Below are positions 10,932 through 19,847 of a DNA stretch of 64,000 nucleotides, in pieces (the stretch's first letter is position 1; every line of letters starts with the position of its first letter). A model generated the notes under the pieces. It worked only from the letters and a program-made list of their open reading frames with translations. It ran no database searches and was not told where the DNA came from. The stretch lies in the IMG/VR virus record IMGVR_UViG_2684622556_000001, one strand, 5' to 3'. This DNA is from an uncultured virus (IMG/VR IMGVR_UViG_2684622556_000001) (Duplodnaviria > Heunggongvirae > Uroviricota > Caudoviricetes). The position numbers and the translations under genes were made by a program.

Positions 10932-11110
10932 TAGCCATCTTCTGCGCCGTGTTGACGATCGCATTGCTGTGGCTGATAGCCGAGAACGGCCTGCTCCGAA
11001 GCGAAAACACCGAACTGCGGCGAGCCGTCGCCCGCCTCTCAAAGCATCCCTCTACCTATGAGCCTGAACCACTCCCTTATATGCAGAGGTTGTATGCGGA
11101 CGATGAGTAG
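10928..11110 (+). CDS. Small membrane/coiled-coil protein
   Basis: N-terminal hydrophobic helix; coupled ORF. Confidence 0.6.
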   Translation: MIAIFCAVLTIALLWLIAENGLLRSENTELRRAVARLSKHPSTYEPEPLPYMQRLYADDE

Positions 11111-11300
11111 GTACACGATCAATCATGACGAGGCTGATGCGCGGGTGTTGTTGATGTGCGCGGAAATGCTCAAGCACCTTGACCTAGCCGGCCGTGGCGG
11201 TGTTGATGTGTCCGCTTCTATTGCCGAGGTTATGGCCAGGCGCGATGAAGTGTTGCGTTCCAGGGGTATTGAGCCGAACGGGCAGGGGACATGCAAATGA
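11103..11300 (+). CDS. Hypothetical protein
   Basis: Overlapping ORF in the operon. Confidence 0.55.
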   Translation: MSRYTINHDEADARVLLMCAEMLKHLDLAGRGGVDVSASIAEVMARRDEVLRSRGIEPNGQGTCK

Positions 11301-11370
11301 GTGGGTTAAGTGATGTGCAGCGTGGGGCGCTCAAGAGTTGCTTGGAAGAGGGCTACAGGGTGGTGGCGTT

Positions 11371-11775
11371 GTGAAGCTGGAACCGACTGAAGCGCAGCGG
11401 AAAGCTATGGCTGTATACCTGGCCGGTGAGTATTGGGAAGACACTCAAGCACGACAGGAACCGCAGGTAGAGGGCAACTTATCGGAAATTCCGAAGAGTT
11501 CAACACAACAGGAACCGGCGTACACCGTCGCCGCCGCGTCTGAAGAGATGGCTAAGCACTGGGACAACAGCATTGTCACCACCACTAAGCGGGAGCCCCG
11601 TGTCGTTGACCGTCTAGGGGTAGACGAGCAGGGATCGCGTTGGCGGAACTGGGCAGATACCGAGTTTTGGTTTCAGGACGAATGCTGGAACTCCCGAACC
11701 CGGGATGGGGAGACTTCATCGTTCGGCTCTGGATACGAACCAAGGGTGGGCATATTCACCGAGGTTCTGTCATGA
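11371..11775 (+). CDS. Hypothetical protein
   Basis: GTG start; N-terminus KLEPTEAQRKAM resembles that of the 9268 ORF. Confidence 0.55.
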   Translation: MKLEPTEAQRKAMAVYLAGEYWEDTQARQEPQVEGNLSEIPKSSTQQEPAYTVAAASEEMAKHWDNSIVTTTKREPRVVDRLGVDEQGSRWRNWADTEFWFQDECWNSRTRDGETSSFGSGYEPRVGIFTEVLS

Positions 11776-11900
11776 GTCGTGGTGTCCGTATGTCTGATTG
11801 GCTCGCTACTGATTACCGGCGTTTGTCTGATCCTAGTCCTGCTGTTCCTGACTGGTTTTGGGTTGATGACGAGTACGACGAGAAGGGGAACCCGCGGTGA
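11772..11900 (+). CDS. Small hypothetical protein
   Basis: Coupled by ATGA/GTGA overlaps on both sides. Confidence 0.45.
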   Translation: MSRGVRMSDWLATDYRRLSDPSPAVPDWFWVDDEYDEKGNPR

Positions 11901-12394
11901 ATCGGCAGATGCGTATCGCTGTGGCGGCCGAGTTCCGCAAGTTGGCGGACAAGATTGAACGCGAAGAGAAGTCGAAGTTCCTTCTCGAAAATGATCCCGG
12001 TACCCGTATCCCGGTGATGTCGGATGTTGAGGTTGACGGCAAGAAACGCCGCATCGGATACGTCCTCATCTCCGACCCCGAGGGGCCACGGGACATGCCC
12101 GTCATCACCGACGAATCAGCGGCTATTGCTTGGGCCCTTGAAGAGTTCAACGACCCTATGCTGGCTGAACACAAACTCACCGAGCAGGGACGCAAAACCG
12201 TACTCACCAGCGCATCAGCAGCGTTGGCTGCTGGCGCCCAACTCCCACCGGGGGTTGAAGTGCAGCACGTCCCCGGTGGGAACCCGACAGTCTCCTGGCG
12301 CGGCGAAGACGACGCCCGGGAACTCTTGGAGGACATGCAATCCCGCGGCCTGTTCACCCTCTCCACGGCTTTGAGGATGAAGGAGCTGCCATGA
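11897..12394 (+). CDS. Hypothetical phage protein (165 aa)
   Basis: Coupled ORF; G...PGVEV C-terminus typical of genes neighbouring recombination genes. Confidence 0.7.
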   Translation: MNRQMRIAVAAEFRKLADKIEREEKSKFLLENDPGTRIPVMSDVEVDGKKRRIGYVLISDPEGPRDMPVITDESAAIAWALEEFNDPMLAEHKLTEQGRKTVLTSASAALAAGAQLPPGVEVQHVPGGNPTVSWRGEDDARELLEDMQSRGLFTLSTALRMKELP

Positions 12395-12561
12395 CACTGC
12401 CCGAAAGGATGCGCGAGCTCGCCCCAGTGCTCGAGGAAGCTGACGCACGATTCCGAGCCGAGTTCCCGCACCGCCTCGACGAACTTGAGGGCGGCTGGTC
12501 CGCCAACGGTTTGAGGACATTCGCGGACATCTGGGAGCGAGCGGAGGCCACTAGTGCCTAG
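12391..12561 (+). CDS. Small hypothetical protein (56 aa)
   Basis: ATGA overlap, RBS AAGGAG; MTLPERMRELAPVL... Confidence 0.5.
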   Translation: MTLPERMRELAPVLEEADARFRAEFPHRLDELEGGWSANGLRTFADIWERAEATSA

Positions 12562-13228
12562 AGCCGGCGAGTTCACCGCGGAAGCCAAAGAGCTGAGCGC
12601 CAAGCTTTGCACCGTAGGTGATTGCACAAAGCCACTACGGGCGCGCGGTATGTGCTGCATGCATTGGGCTCGTTGGCGCAAGTATGGAACCCCAGAGCCC
12701 TGGGCCGAACTCTGCGCCGTAGACGGTTGCGACAATAAGTCCCGTTCTCGCACTAGTGAATACTGCGAGAAGCATTACTACCGGCTGCGCCGCACTGGCA
12801 GCTTGTCGGATCCGCAGTACATCTCAGGTGAGTGTCTTGCGGATGGGTGCGGCAGGCCGGCTGGGCACGGCAAGGAATCTGAAGATGCCCGCGGCTACTG
12901 CCGCATGCACTACCTAAGGCTCAAGAAGCGCGGCGATGTGTGTTGGGAACCAAAGGGTGAGAACAACCCAATATGGGTGGGAGCCGCTGCTGGTAGCACC
13001 ACCGTGCACCAGAGAATCCGTCGAGCACGCGGTTCTGCGACCAACTATCGGTGCATCGACTGCGGTGAGACTGCGGCGCATTGGTCTTATGACCACACCG
13101 ACCCTGATCAGAAATATTGCCCCGATAAAGGCCCCTACAGCCTAGATATCGATCGATACCACCCACGGTGCGTCAGCTGTCATAAGCGATTCGACATGCG
13201 ACGGATCAAGGCGGAGCGGTCGAAATGA
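12554..13228 (+). CDS. HNH-like nuclease with three N-terminal C-x4-C...C-x2-H zinc repeats
   Basis: CTVGDC..GMCCMHW, CAVDGC..YCEKHY, CLADGC..YCRMHY, then CIDCG..YDH..CVSCHKRFD. Confidence 0.7.
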   Translation: MPRAGEFTAEAKELSAKLCTVGDCTKPLRARGMCCMHWARWRKYGTPEPWAELCAVDGCDNKSRSRTSEYCEKHYYRLRRTGSLSDPQYISGECLADGCGRPAGHGKESEDARGYCRMHYLRLKKRGDVCWEPKGENNPIWVGAAAGSTTVHQRIRRARGSATNYRCIDCGETAAHWSYDHTDPDQKYCPDKGPYSLDIDRYHPRCVSCHKRFDMRRIKAERSK

Positions 13229-13539
13229 ACGAACAGAAGTGCCGCAAGTTGGTGTATGAGCGTTCACAAAGGGTCTGTGAGAAGTGTTTTAAGGCTTGGG
13301 CTACCGAGGTTCACCACAGGGTGAATCGCTCCCAGGGCGGCAAGTGGACGCCGGCCAACTGCCTGCATCTATGCCATCCGTGTCACCACTGGTGCACAGA
13401 GCATCCCGAGGAGTCTCGAGAACAGGGCCGGTGGTCGCTGAAGTCCTTCGAGAATCCGCTTAATCACTCGGCTTTGAGGTGTGGCCAATGGGTGTTCCTT
13501 GATGACAGCGGTGACTACCGATTGGACGATGCCGCATGA
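13225..13539 (+). CDS. HNH endonuclease
   Basis: CEKC..EVHHR..SQGG..NCLHLCHPCH. Confidence 0.8.
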   Translation: MNEQKCRKLVYERSQRVCEKCFKAWATEVHHRVNRSQGGKWTPANCLHLCHPCHHWCTEHPEESREQGRWSLKSFENPLNHSALRCGQWVFLDDSGDYRLDDAA

Positions 13540-13618
13540 GGACAGCGCGCGTGTTTTACCGGCATGAGCGTTGGGTGTGGCTTGCCGACGATGGGTCGAT
13601 TCGTGAGGAGCGGGCGGC

Positions 13619-14353
13619 ATGAAGTGCGAACGGGAGAAGTGCCGCAGGAAAGCCAGGGCTCGAGGTTTATGCGAGAAGCATCTTCTGCATGCGGCCTCCC
13701 TTGGCCGAGTGGATGTGGGAATGGTGGATCCGGTTGTGGCGTCGCGGCACATCCAGTTTCTTCTGAACCATGAGGTGTCGTTCCGTGAGATGTCGCGGGC
13801 CTCGGGGTTGGCGTGGAACACGTTGCGGGCTGTGCTCGATCAGGCGCGTCCGATCTTGAAAGAGACCGAGTCTCGTGTTTTAAAGATTCAGCCTTCACTG
13901 GAGCAGAGGGTGGCTGCAACAGCGAAGGTACCGGCGGTTGGTACTGCGCGCAGACTGCAGGGGTTGGCGGCGATCGGCTACGACAATCGTTTCCTGGCTC
14001 AGCGTTTAGGGGCTTCTGAGGTAAGTGTGTGGCGGTGGATGTCTCAGTCGCAGCGGGTGGAGGTGTGGGCCGCGAAAGCTGTTGTGGAGTTGTTCAACGA
14101 ACTGCAGATGATCCCCTGCCCGTCGAGTAGGTCAAGGACTCGTGCCGCCAAGTTCGGGTGGTTGCCGCCGTTCGCTTGGGATGAGGAAGACCTCGACAAC
14201 CCCGATGCCGAACCGCACATGGGCGGGAAGTCGACGTGGATTCAGAAGTACGAGGACTACCGCAGCACAGGTTTGAGTGACGCGGAAGTGGCTGCGGCGA
14301 TGGGGATTCAGCTCGAATCGCTTCGCCGCCAGCTGGAAAGGAAAGCCGCGTGA
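13619..14353 (+). CDS. Multi-HTH DNA-binding protein
   Basis: N-terminal zinc motif; GTARRLQGLAAIG; C-terminal HTH GLSDAEVAAAMGI. Confidence 0.7.
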   Translation: MKCEREKCRRKARARGLCEKHLLHAASLGRVDVGMVDPVVASRHIQFLLNHEVSFREMSRASGLAWNTLRAVLDQARPILKETESRVLKIQPSLEQRVAATAKVPAVGTARRLQGLAAIGYDNRFLAQRLGASEVSVWRWMSQSQRVEVWAAKAVVELFNELQMIPCPSSRSRTRAAKFGWLPPFAWDEEDLDNPDAEPHMGGKSTWIQKYEDYRSTGLSDAEVAAAMGIQLESLRRQLERKAA

Positions 14354-15969
14354 AGCCATACTACCAAGACGATGTAGTGACGCTGCGCCACGGGGACTGC
14401 CTGGACGTGCTGCGCGCTGATGACTACGGATACGACTGGAATCTCGGCTACCGCTCAGCGCGGATGTTCCCGGACAACAGCGTCGACGCGGTGATCACCG
14501 ACCCGCCCTACGGAATTGCGTTCATGGGCAAGGCATGGGACCAGCCCGGCGAATTCGGATCGAACCGCCTGCGCACGGGTGGTGAGAACAAGATCCGCGG
14601 CCACAAAGACGCCGCACTCAATGCAGGCCTGTACGACCTCTCGCCGGCGGCAATGCTCAACTTCCAGCGCTGGTGCACCGCTTGGGCCACCGAGTGCCTG
14701 CGCATCCTCAAGCCCGGTGGCCACCTGCTGGCCTTCGGCGGCTCGCGCACCTGGCACCGGCTTGCGGCCGGAATCGAGGACGCGGGTTTCGCGGTCCGCG
14801 ACAGCATCGCCTGGCTGTACGGGTCCGGGTTCCCGAAGTCGCTGGACGTGTCCAAGGCGATCGACAAGCGGCCTGGCGCCGTGCATCATCGCGAGTTTGC
14901 GCTGCACCTCGCCGAGCGGCGTGAAGCGGCAGGGCTGTCCCGTGCCGACGTGTCAGAACGCATCGTAGGCACTCGTAGCGGCGCCTGCTGGAACTGGGAG
15001 CACCACCAATTCCCAGAGGCTAAGTGGTGGCCCGCGCTCCGCGATCTTCTCGGGATGGACGGTGCTGCTTGGGATCCCGTCATCGCCGAAGCGGAAAGGG
15101 AGAAGACGGGCCAGCGAATCGCCACGAAGTTGGCGGTAGCACCTGGGCAAGGCGCCGACCGCAGCGGCGTCACGCTGGATCTCACGGCCCCGACCACGGA
15201 TGCGGCCAAGCAATGGCAGGGCTGGGGTACCGCACTCAAGCCATCATTCGAGCCCATCGTCGTCGCACGTAAACCGTTGGCGGGCACGGTCGCCCAGAAC
15301 GTGCTCGAGCACGGAACCGGGGCGCTGAACATAGACGCCTGCCGGATACCCACCGGGGATAAACTCGGCGGCGGCTCAACGACGCGCGGCCAGCGGATGA
15401 AAGACGGCTGGCACCGGCCCTGGATGGACGACCCCGACATGGTGGCGGCGAACGCCGAGCGAAGTCGTGCATCGGTGGCCAGATCCGAAGAATTGGGCCG
15501 TTGGCCGACCAACGTTGTCCTCGACGAGCGCCAGGCCGACGCGCTCGACCAGCAGAGCGGCACGTCCACCAGCCGCGTAGGCAAGCCGCGAGGCGCCGCA
15601 TCCGGCGCGGGCTGGGGAATGACCGCTACGGGCGCTGAGTACGCCGACGAGGGTGGAGCTTCCCGATTCTTCCCCGTGTTCCGCTACGAGGCCAAGGCGC
15701 CAACCTCGGAGCGTCCCAACGCCGATGGTGTGCAGCACCCGACGGTAAAGCCGCTGGACCTGATGCGGTGGCTCGTGCGGCTCGTCACCCCGGTCGGCGC
15801 GGTGGTGCTGGAACCGTTCGCCGGCAGCGGCACGACCGCGGAGGCATGTGTGCTGGAGGACCGGCGTTGCATCGCGATTGAACGTGAGGCCGACTATCTG
15901 CCGTTGATTGTGTCCCGGCTACAGAAGCCGGTGCAGCAAGGGCTATTCGGATTGGAGGCGGGCGCGTGA
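14350..15969 (+). CDS. N6A/N4C DNA methyltransferase (beta class) with internal XRE-HTH insertion
   Basis: TDPPY; HPTVKP; EPFAGSGTT. Confidence 0.9.
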   Translation: MKPYYQDDVVTLRHGDCLDVLRADDYGYDWNLGYRSARMFPDNSVDAVITDPPYGIAFMGKAWDQPGEFGSNRLRTGGENKIRGHKDAALNAGLYDLSPAAMLNFQRWCTAWATECLRILKPGGHLLAFGGSRTWHRLAAGIEDAGFAVRDSIAWLYGSGFPKSLDVSKAIDKRPGAVHHREFALHLAERREAAGLSRADVSERIVGTRSGACWNWEHHQFPEAKWWPALRDLLGMDGAAWDPVIAEAEREKTGQRIATKLAVAPGQGADRSGVTLDLTAPTTDAAKQWQGWGTALKPSFEPIVVARKPLAGTVAQNVLEHGTGALNIDACRIPTGDKLGGGSTTRGQRMKDGWHRPWMDDPDMVAANAERSRASVARSEELGRWPTNVVLDERQADALDQQSGTSTSRVGKPRGAASGAGWGMTATGAEYADEGGASRFFPVFRYEAKAPTSERPNADGVQHPTVKPLDLMRWLVRLVTPVGAVVLEPFAGSGTTAEACVLEDRRCIAIEREADYLPLIVSRLQKPVQQGLFGLEAGA

Positions 15970-16118
15970 CTGTTTGGCCTACCTACCACTTCTGCCGTTG
16001 TGGTCATCAGAGATACCAGCATAACGGTCAAGCAGCTGAGTGTTATGGGGCTTTGGATGACGGTGTGACCCTTTGTGATTGCGGAGTGTTTGTTGAAGAC
16101 AAGAAGGAATGCGCATGA
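15966..16118 (+). CDS. Small Cys/His protein (50 aa)
   Basis: MTVWPTYHFCRCGHQRYQH...ECY...CDCGVF; GTGA/ATGA overlaps. Confidence 0.55.
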   Translation: MTVWPTYHFCRCGHQRYQHNGQAAECYGALDDGVTLCDCGVFVEDKKECA

Positions 16119-16672
16119 AGATCGGTGTGGATCTAGACGGTGTGCTGTACGACTTCGGTTCGGCTTTCAAGAAGTACCTAACGAGAAGTCATAAGTGGCC
16201 CGAGGTGTGGTGTTCACAGATTGAGCGTTGGGAGTTCTACGAGGATTGGGGCATCTCTCTTGCAGGTTTCAAACGAATCTGCCATCAGGCGGCAGATGAC
16301 GGTGAGCTCTGGACCGCATGTGGATTGCTCGGCGGGAGCTCAACCCAGAGGGCTCTTGATGACCTAAGGTCCGCTGGGCACTCGATCCATGTGATCACCT
16401 ATCGAGGCTTCGGCACGCATCCATCCGCGTCCCATGTAGCGACAGCTAAATGGCTGGGCGAGTTCAACCTCCCGTACGACACTCTCACCTTCTCGAAGGA
16501 CAAGACCATCATCCAGACGGACTGGATGATCGAGGACAACGTCGATAACTACCTCGCCCTGGAGAAGTCGGGGTGCAACCCGGTGTTGATCACCCGGCCA
16601 TGGAACGAGCACCTAGAGAAGGCCACTCGCGTCACCTCGGTCCGTGAGTTTGTGGACATGGTGAACGCATGA
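16115..16672 (+). CDS. HAD-family 5'(3')-deoxyribonucleotidase (NT5C-like)
   Basis: GVDLDGVL, IT.R, DK, MIEDN, RPWN. Confidence 0.85.
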   Translation: MKIGVDLDGVLYDFGSAFKKYLTRSHKWPEVWCSQIERWEFYEDWGISLAGFKRICHQAADDGELWTACGLLGGSSTQRALDDLRSAGHSIHVITYRGFGTHPSASHVATAKWLGEFNLPYDTLTFSKDKTIIQTDWMIEDNVDNYLALEKSGCNPVLITRPWNEHLEKATRVTSVREFVDMVNA

Positions 16673-17004
16673 GCACCAACGAAACCATGAACGTGTCCGC
16701 TACTGGCGCCAAGAAGGCGGGTAACGATGAACGGTACGACCTGATACCTGCTGAGCCGCTGCGGCTTCTAGCTCGCCACTACGGCGTCGGCTCGAAGAAG
16801 TATGACGACAACAACTGGCGCAAGGGCTACGACTGGAAACTCTCATTCGCCGCGCTGAATCGGCACCTGTGGCAGTTCTGGGCCGGTGAGGATATCGACG
16901 CCGAGACTGGCACCCCGCACATCATCGCGGTCGCCTGGCACGCATTCGCGTTGGCGGAGTTCATGAACACCCACCCTGATTACGACTCGCGGGTGCGGCC
17001 ATGA
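16669..17004 (+). CDS. DUF5664 / dATP-dGTP diphosphohydrolase-domain protein
   Basis: RYDLIP...GSKKYDDNNWRKG...RHL...GEDIDAETG.PH..AVAW. Confidence 0.8.
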   Translation: MSTNETMNVSATGAKKAGNDERYDLIPAEPLRLLARHYGVGSKKYDDNNWRKGYDWKLSFAALNRHLWQFWAGEDIDAETGTPHIIAVAWHAFALAEFMNTHPDYDSRVRP

Positions 17005-17150
17005 CCGACATCTGCACCTGCGGCCACGATCTAGATGAGCATCAACGTCACTACGGCACTTGTAAAGCCACCATCCCCGGTTCTTTTGAGCCTCTTTACC
17101 GGTACTGCCCCTGTGGGGGATTCGAGCGAGACAACCAGGAGGCGGTGTAG
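17001..17150 (+). CDS. Small Cys/His protein (49 aa)
   Basis: MTDICTCGHDLDEH...TCK...CPCGGF; ATGA overlap. Confidence 0.55.
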   Translation: MTDICTCGHDLDEHQRHYGTCKATIPGSFEPLYRYCPCGGFERDNQEAV

Positions 17151-17152
17151 GT

Positions 17153-17941
17153 ATGCGCATTAGGTCTACCCGCCCCGAGTTTTGGCGCAGCAAGACGATC
17201 GCCCAACTCGACTGGGATGTACGGCTGGTCCTCAAGGGCCTAGAGGCGTACGTGGATGACAACGGGGTAGGGAAAGACGACATCGAATTGATCGCCGCAG
17301 ATGTGTTCCCGCGAGACCTTTTCCGGAACTCTTCCGGAACCCTCCGGAGGCTTTCGGAAGCCGTAACCCTGCTCTGCGAGGTCGGTTTGGTGGTCCGATA
17401 CGAGGTCCATGGCGAGCAATTGCTCTACGTAGACAAGTGGAAACAGATCCAGTACGTGCAGAAGCCGAAGGCGGGACGTTTTCCCAGGCCAGACGGCACT
17501 TTTAACTACAACGAGAACGTCAATCCGGAAAGTTACCGGAAACCTCCGGAGGACTTCCAGACTAAAGCAGGGGAGCAGGGGAGCAGGGGAGCAGGACAAA
17601 CAGAGAGAGAACGCGCGCGCGAGCCGATCTACCCACCCCTCTCCTCGATCCCAGAAGACTGGGAACCCAGCCTCACTCACCGCGCCAAAGCCAAGGCTCT
17701 TGGAATCAAAGACCTCGCCGCCGTCGCCGAATCATTCCGGAACCACGCACTCGCCCAGGGGCGCGTGCTGTCGAACTGGGACGCCGGATTCTCAAACTGG
17801 CTCGCCTCAGCCAAGACACTCGCCGCCGACCGCGAGCGCCGCCAGCCGGACGGCCTGTCGAACACCGACGCGAAAGTCGTCGGCTGGCACGACCTCGGAA
17901 CCCCAGAAGACCCCGACGACCAGAAAGCGATAACCGGATGA
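17153..17941 (+). CDS. Phage replication initiator (RepA/replisome organizer-like)
   Basis: MRIRSTRPEFW...YVDDNG.G N-terminus; C-terminal IPEDWEPS...FRNH...NWDA.F.NWL; internal iterons. Confidence 0.8.
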   Translation: MRIRSTRPEFWRSKTIAQLDWDVRLVLKGLEAYVDDNGVGKDDIELIAADVFPRDLFRNSSGTLRRLSEAVTLLCEVGLVVRYEVHGEQLLYVDKWKQIQYVQKPKAGRFPRPDGTFNYNENVNPESYRKPPEDFQTKAGEQGSRGAGQTERERAREPIYPPLSSIPEDWEPSLTHRAKAKALGIKDLAAVAESFRNHALAQGRVLSNWDAGFSNWLASAKTLAADRERRQPDGLSNTDAKVVGWHDLGTPEDPDDQKAITG

Positions 17942-18838
17942 ACTACACACAGATCGCCGCAGATGCTCTCGCCAAGTGCGCCGGGTACGACCCTTGGTTC
18001 CCGAAGCCTGCGCAGGCCACCGTGAACGCGTGGGCCGAGCAGATCGCCATCTACAAGCTTGATCGAGCAGATGTGTTCCCGCGAGACCTTTTCCGGAACT
18101 CTTCCGGAACCCTCCGGAGGCTTTCGGAAGCCGTAACCCTGCTCTGCGAGGTCGGTTTGGTGGTCCGATACGAGGTCCATGGCGAGCAATTGCTCTACGT
18201 AGACAAGTGGAAACAGATCCAGTACGTGCAGAAGCCGAAGGCGGGACGTTTTCCCAGGCCAGACGGCACTTTTAACTACAACGAGAACGTCAATCCGGAA
18301 AGTTACCGGAAACCTCCGGAGGACTTCCAGACTAAAGCAGGGGAGCAGGGGAGCAGGGGAGCAGGACAAACAGAGAGAGAACGCGCGCGCGAGCCGATCT
18401 ACCCACCCCTCTCCTCGATCCCAGAAGACTGGGAACCCAGCCTCACTCACCGCGCCAAAGCCAAGGCTCTTGGAATCAAAGACCTCGCCGCCGTCGCCGA
18501 ATCATTCCGGAACCACGCACTCGCCCAGGGGCGCGTGCTGTCGAACTGGGACGCCGGATTCTCAAACTGGCTCGCCTCAGCCAAGACACTCGCCGCCGAC
18601 CGCGAGCGCCGCCAGCCGGACGGCCTGTCGAACACCGACGCGAAAGTCGTCGGCTGGCACGACCTCGGAACCCCAGAAGACCCCGACGACCAGAAAGCGA
18701 TAACCGGATGAACTACACACAGATCGCCGCAGATGCTCTCGCCAAGTGCGCCGGGTACGACCCTTGGTTCCCGAAGCCTGCGCAGGCCACCGTGAACGCG
18801 TGGGCCGAGCAGATCGCCATCTACAAGCTTGATCGAGC
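17297..18838. repeat. Perfect 770-bp tandem duplication
   Basis: 17297-18068 matches 18067-18838 line by line. Confidence 0.95.
17938..18711 (+). CDS. Chimeric ORF made by the duplication (N-terminus of the downstream gene fused to the Rep C-terminal part)
   Basis: MNYTQ...KLDR joined in frame to ADVFPRDLF... Confidence 0.7.
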   Translation: MNYTQIAADALAKCAGYDPWFPKPAQATVNAWAEQIAIYKLDRADVFPRDLFRNSSGTLRRLSEAVTLLCEVGLVVRYEVHGEQLLYVDKWKQIQYVQKPKAGRFPRPDGTFNYNENVNPESYRKPPEDFQTKAGEQGSRGAGQTERERAREPIYPPLSSIPEDWEPSLTHRAKAKALGIKDLAAVAESFRNHALAQGRVLSNWDAGFSNWLASAKTLAADRERRQPDGLSNTDAKVVGWHDLGTPEDPDDQKAITG

Positions 18839-19061
18839 TGATGTTCTCGCTGGCGTCGCGATGATGTACCGCGACAACGGCGCCGGATTCAAACCTCTGC
18901 CGAAGGACATGATCCAGGCGGCCCGTGAGATTCGGCGCCAGCGCGCCGAAGTTGAGAAGGGTCTAGAGGTCGTCCAGGACGCCGTGAACTACCGGCTGGA
19001 ATCTTCCCGCCGCGCCCAGATCGGCACGTTCGCCGACGATTTCGGGGAGGTTCAGTCATGA
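18708..19061 (+). CDS. Replication-associated protein (helicase loader/inhibitor position)
   Basis: Follows Rep; LAKCAGYDP...AW...P.D pattern. Confidence 0.6.
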   Translation: MNYTQIAADALAKCAGYDPWFPKPAQATVNAWAEQIAIYKLDRADVLAGVAMMYRDNGAGFKPLPKDMIQAAREIRRQRAEVEKGLEVVQDAVNYRLESSRRAQIGTFADDFGEVQS

Positions 19062-19345
19062 CAACCCAAGCAGTAACAGACATCAAAGAACTCGTAGGAG
19101 AAATGCCAGCGAGGGGATGTGAGTGCCGGATCCATGGCTGCAACGGCAGGCAGCATGCCATGAATGCATGCGATCACCAGGCTGCGTGGTCGGCACTGGT
19201 TCATGGCATGGACCACACCGGCCATGGAGACTTCGAGCTCAATCTGTGCGACCGATGCCTAGACACCGCGGCGAGCATCGCGGACTTCACGGGCGAGTGC
19301 CGCGTCTGCGGTAACGGGTATGCGCTGCGGGTGATGCCGCTATGA
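19058..19345 (+). CDS. Cys-rich hypothetical protein
   Basis: Several CxxC motifs; coupled ORF. Confidence 0.65.
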   Translation: MTTQAVTDIKELVGEMPARGCECRIHGCNGRQHAMNACDHQAAWSALVHGMDHTGHGDFELNLCDRCLDTAASIADFTGECRVCGNGYALRVMPL

Positions 19346-19686
19346 CCGCCTGGTTTAAACGCACACAGCCCAAACCCCAACCAGTGGTGTCACTACAACC
19401 CCGAACCGGTGTAGAGACCCCTACGGCGTTCCTAGCCCGATTAAAGATCGAATGCACACCCCCATGCCAAGACTGCTACAAGCCCGCGGACTTCATGGTC
19501 ACCATCCACCTCGTAGACCACTGCGACAGACCAGCTGTTGAAGTGTTCATCTGTGCAGAGCATGTATCCACGATCGGGAACTTCGTAGACACGACGATCA
19601 AGAGCCTCCCCTGCGGCAGCTGCTCCACATGTGGACAGAAGGTCTCGGCGCCACACGACCTCATAGAAGACATGGTGAAGCTATGA
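19342..19686 (+). CDS. Cys-rich hypothetical protein
   Basis: CQDC, CAEH, CSTC; coupled ORF. Confidence 0.65.
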   Translation: MTAWFKRTQPKPQPVVSLQPRTGVETPTAFLARLKIECTPPCQDCYKPADFMVTIHLVDHCDRPAVEVFICAEHVSTIGNFVDTTIKSLPCGSCSTCGQKVSAPHDLIEDMVKL

Positions 19687-19847
19687 GCGAGATGACTTTC
19701 AAGTGGGGAATCTGGAAGGGCGCAGGCGGTTCATGGGCGATTGGACGCATTGTTCATTGCTGCCCTGGTCGCCAAACCAGGTACCACTGGGCGCTGTTCG
19801 CCTCTGGTGCTGAGGCTATAGCAGCATTCGCAAGGGGTGGGCGATGA
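19683..19847 (+). CDS. Small hypothetical protein
   Basis: ATGA overlaps; ends IAAFARGGR. Confidence 0.55.
   Translation: MSEMTFKWGIWKGAGGSWAIGRIVHCCPGRQTRYHWALFASGAEAIAAFARGGR

Noticed and set aside
11833..12753. 306-aa minus-strand ORF
   Set aside because: Ser/Ala-rich shadow across coupled plus-strand genes.
16669..17004. Z-base (2-aminoadenine) DNA pathway
   Set aside because: DUF5664 is present, but no PurZ or phage DNA polymerase is seen.
17297..18838. Duplication as a DGR template/variable repeat pair
   Set aside because: Copies are identical with no adenine-specific differences, and there is no reverse transcriptase.
19260..19270. TAGACACCGCG match to the element 5' box
   Set aside because: Inside a coding region (LDTA) with no hairpin, -10 or ATG at the expected distance; probably chance, though an empty site cannot be excluded.
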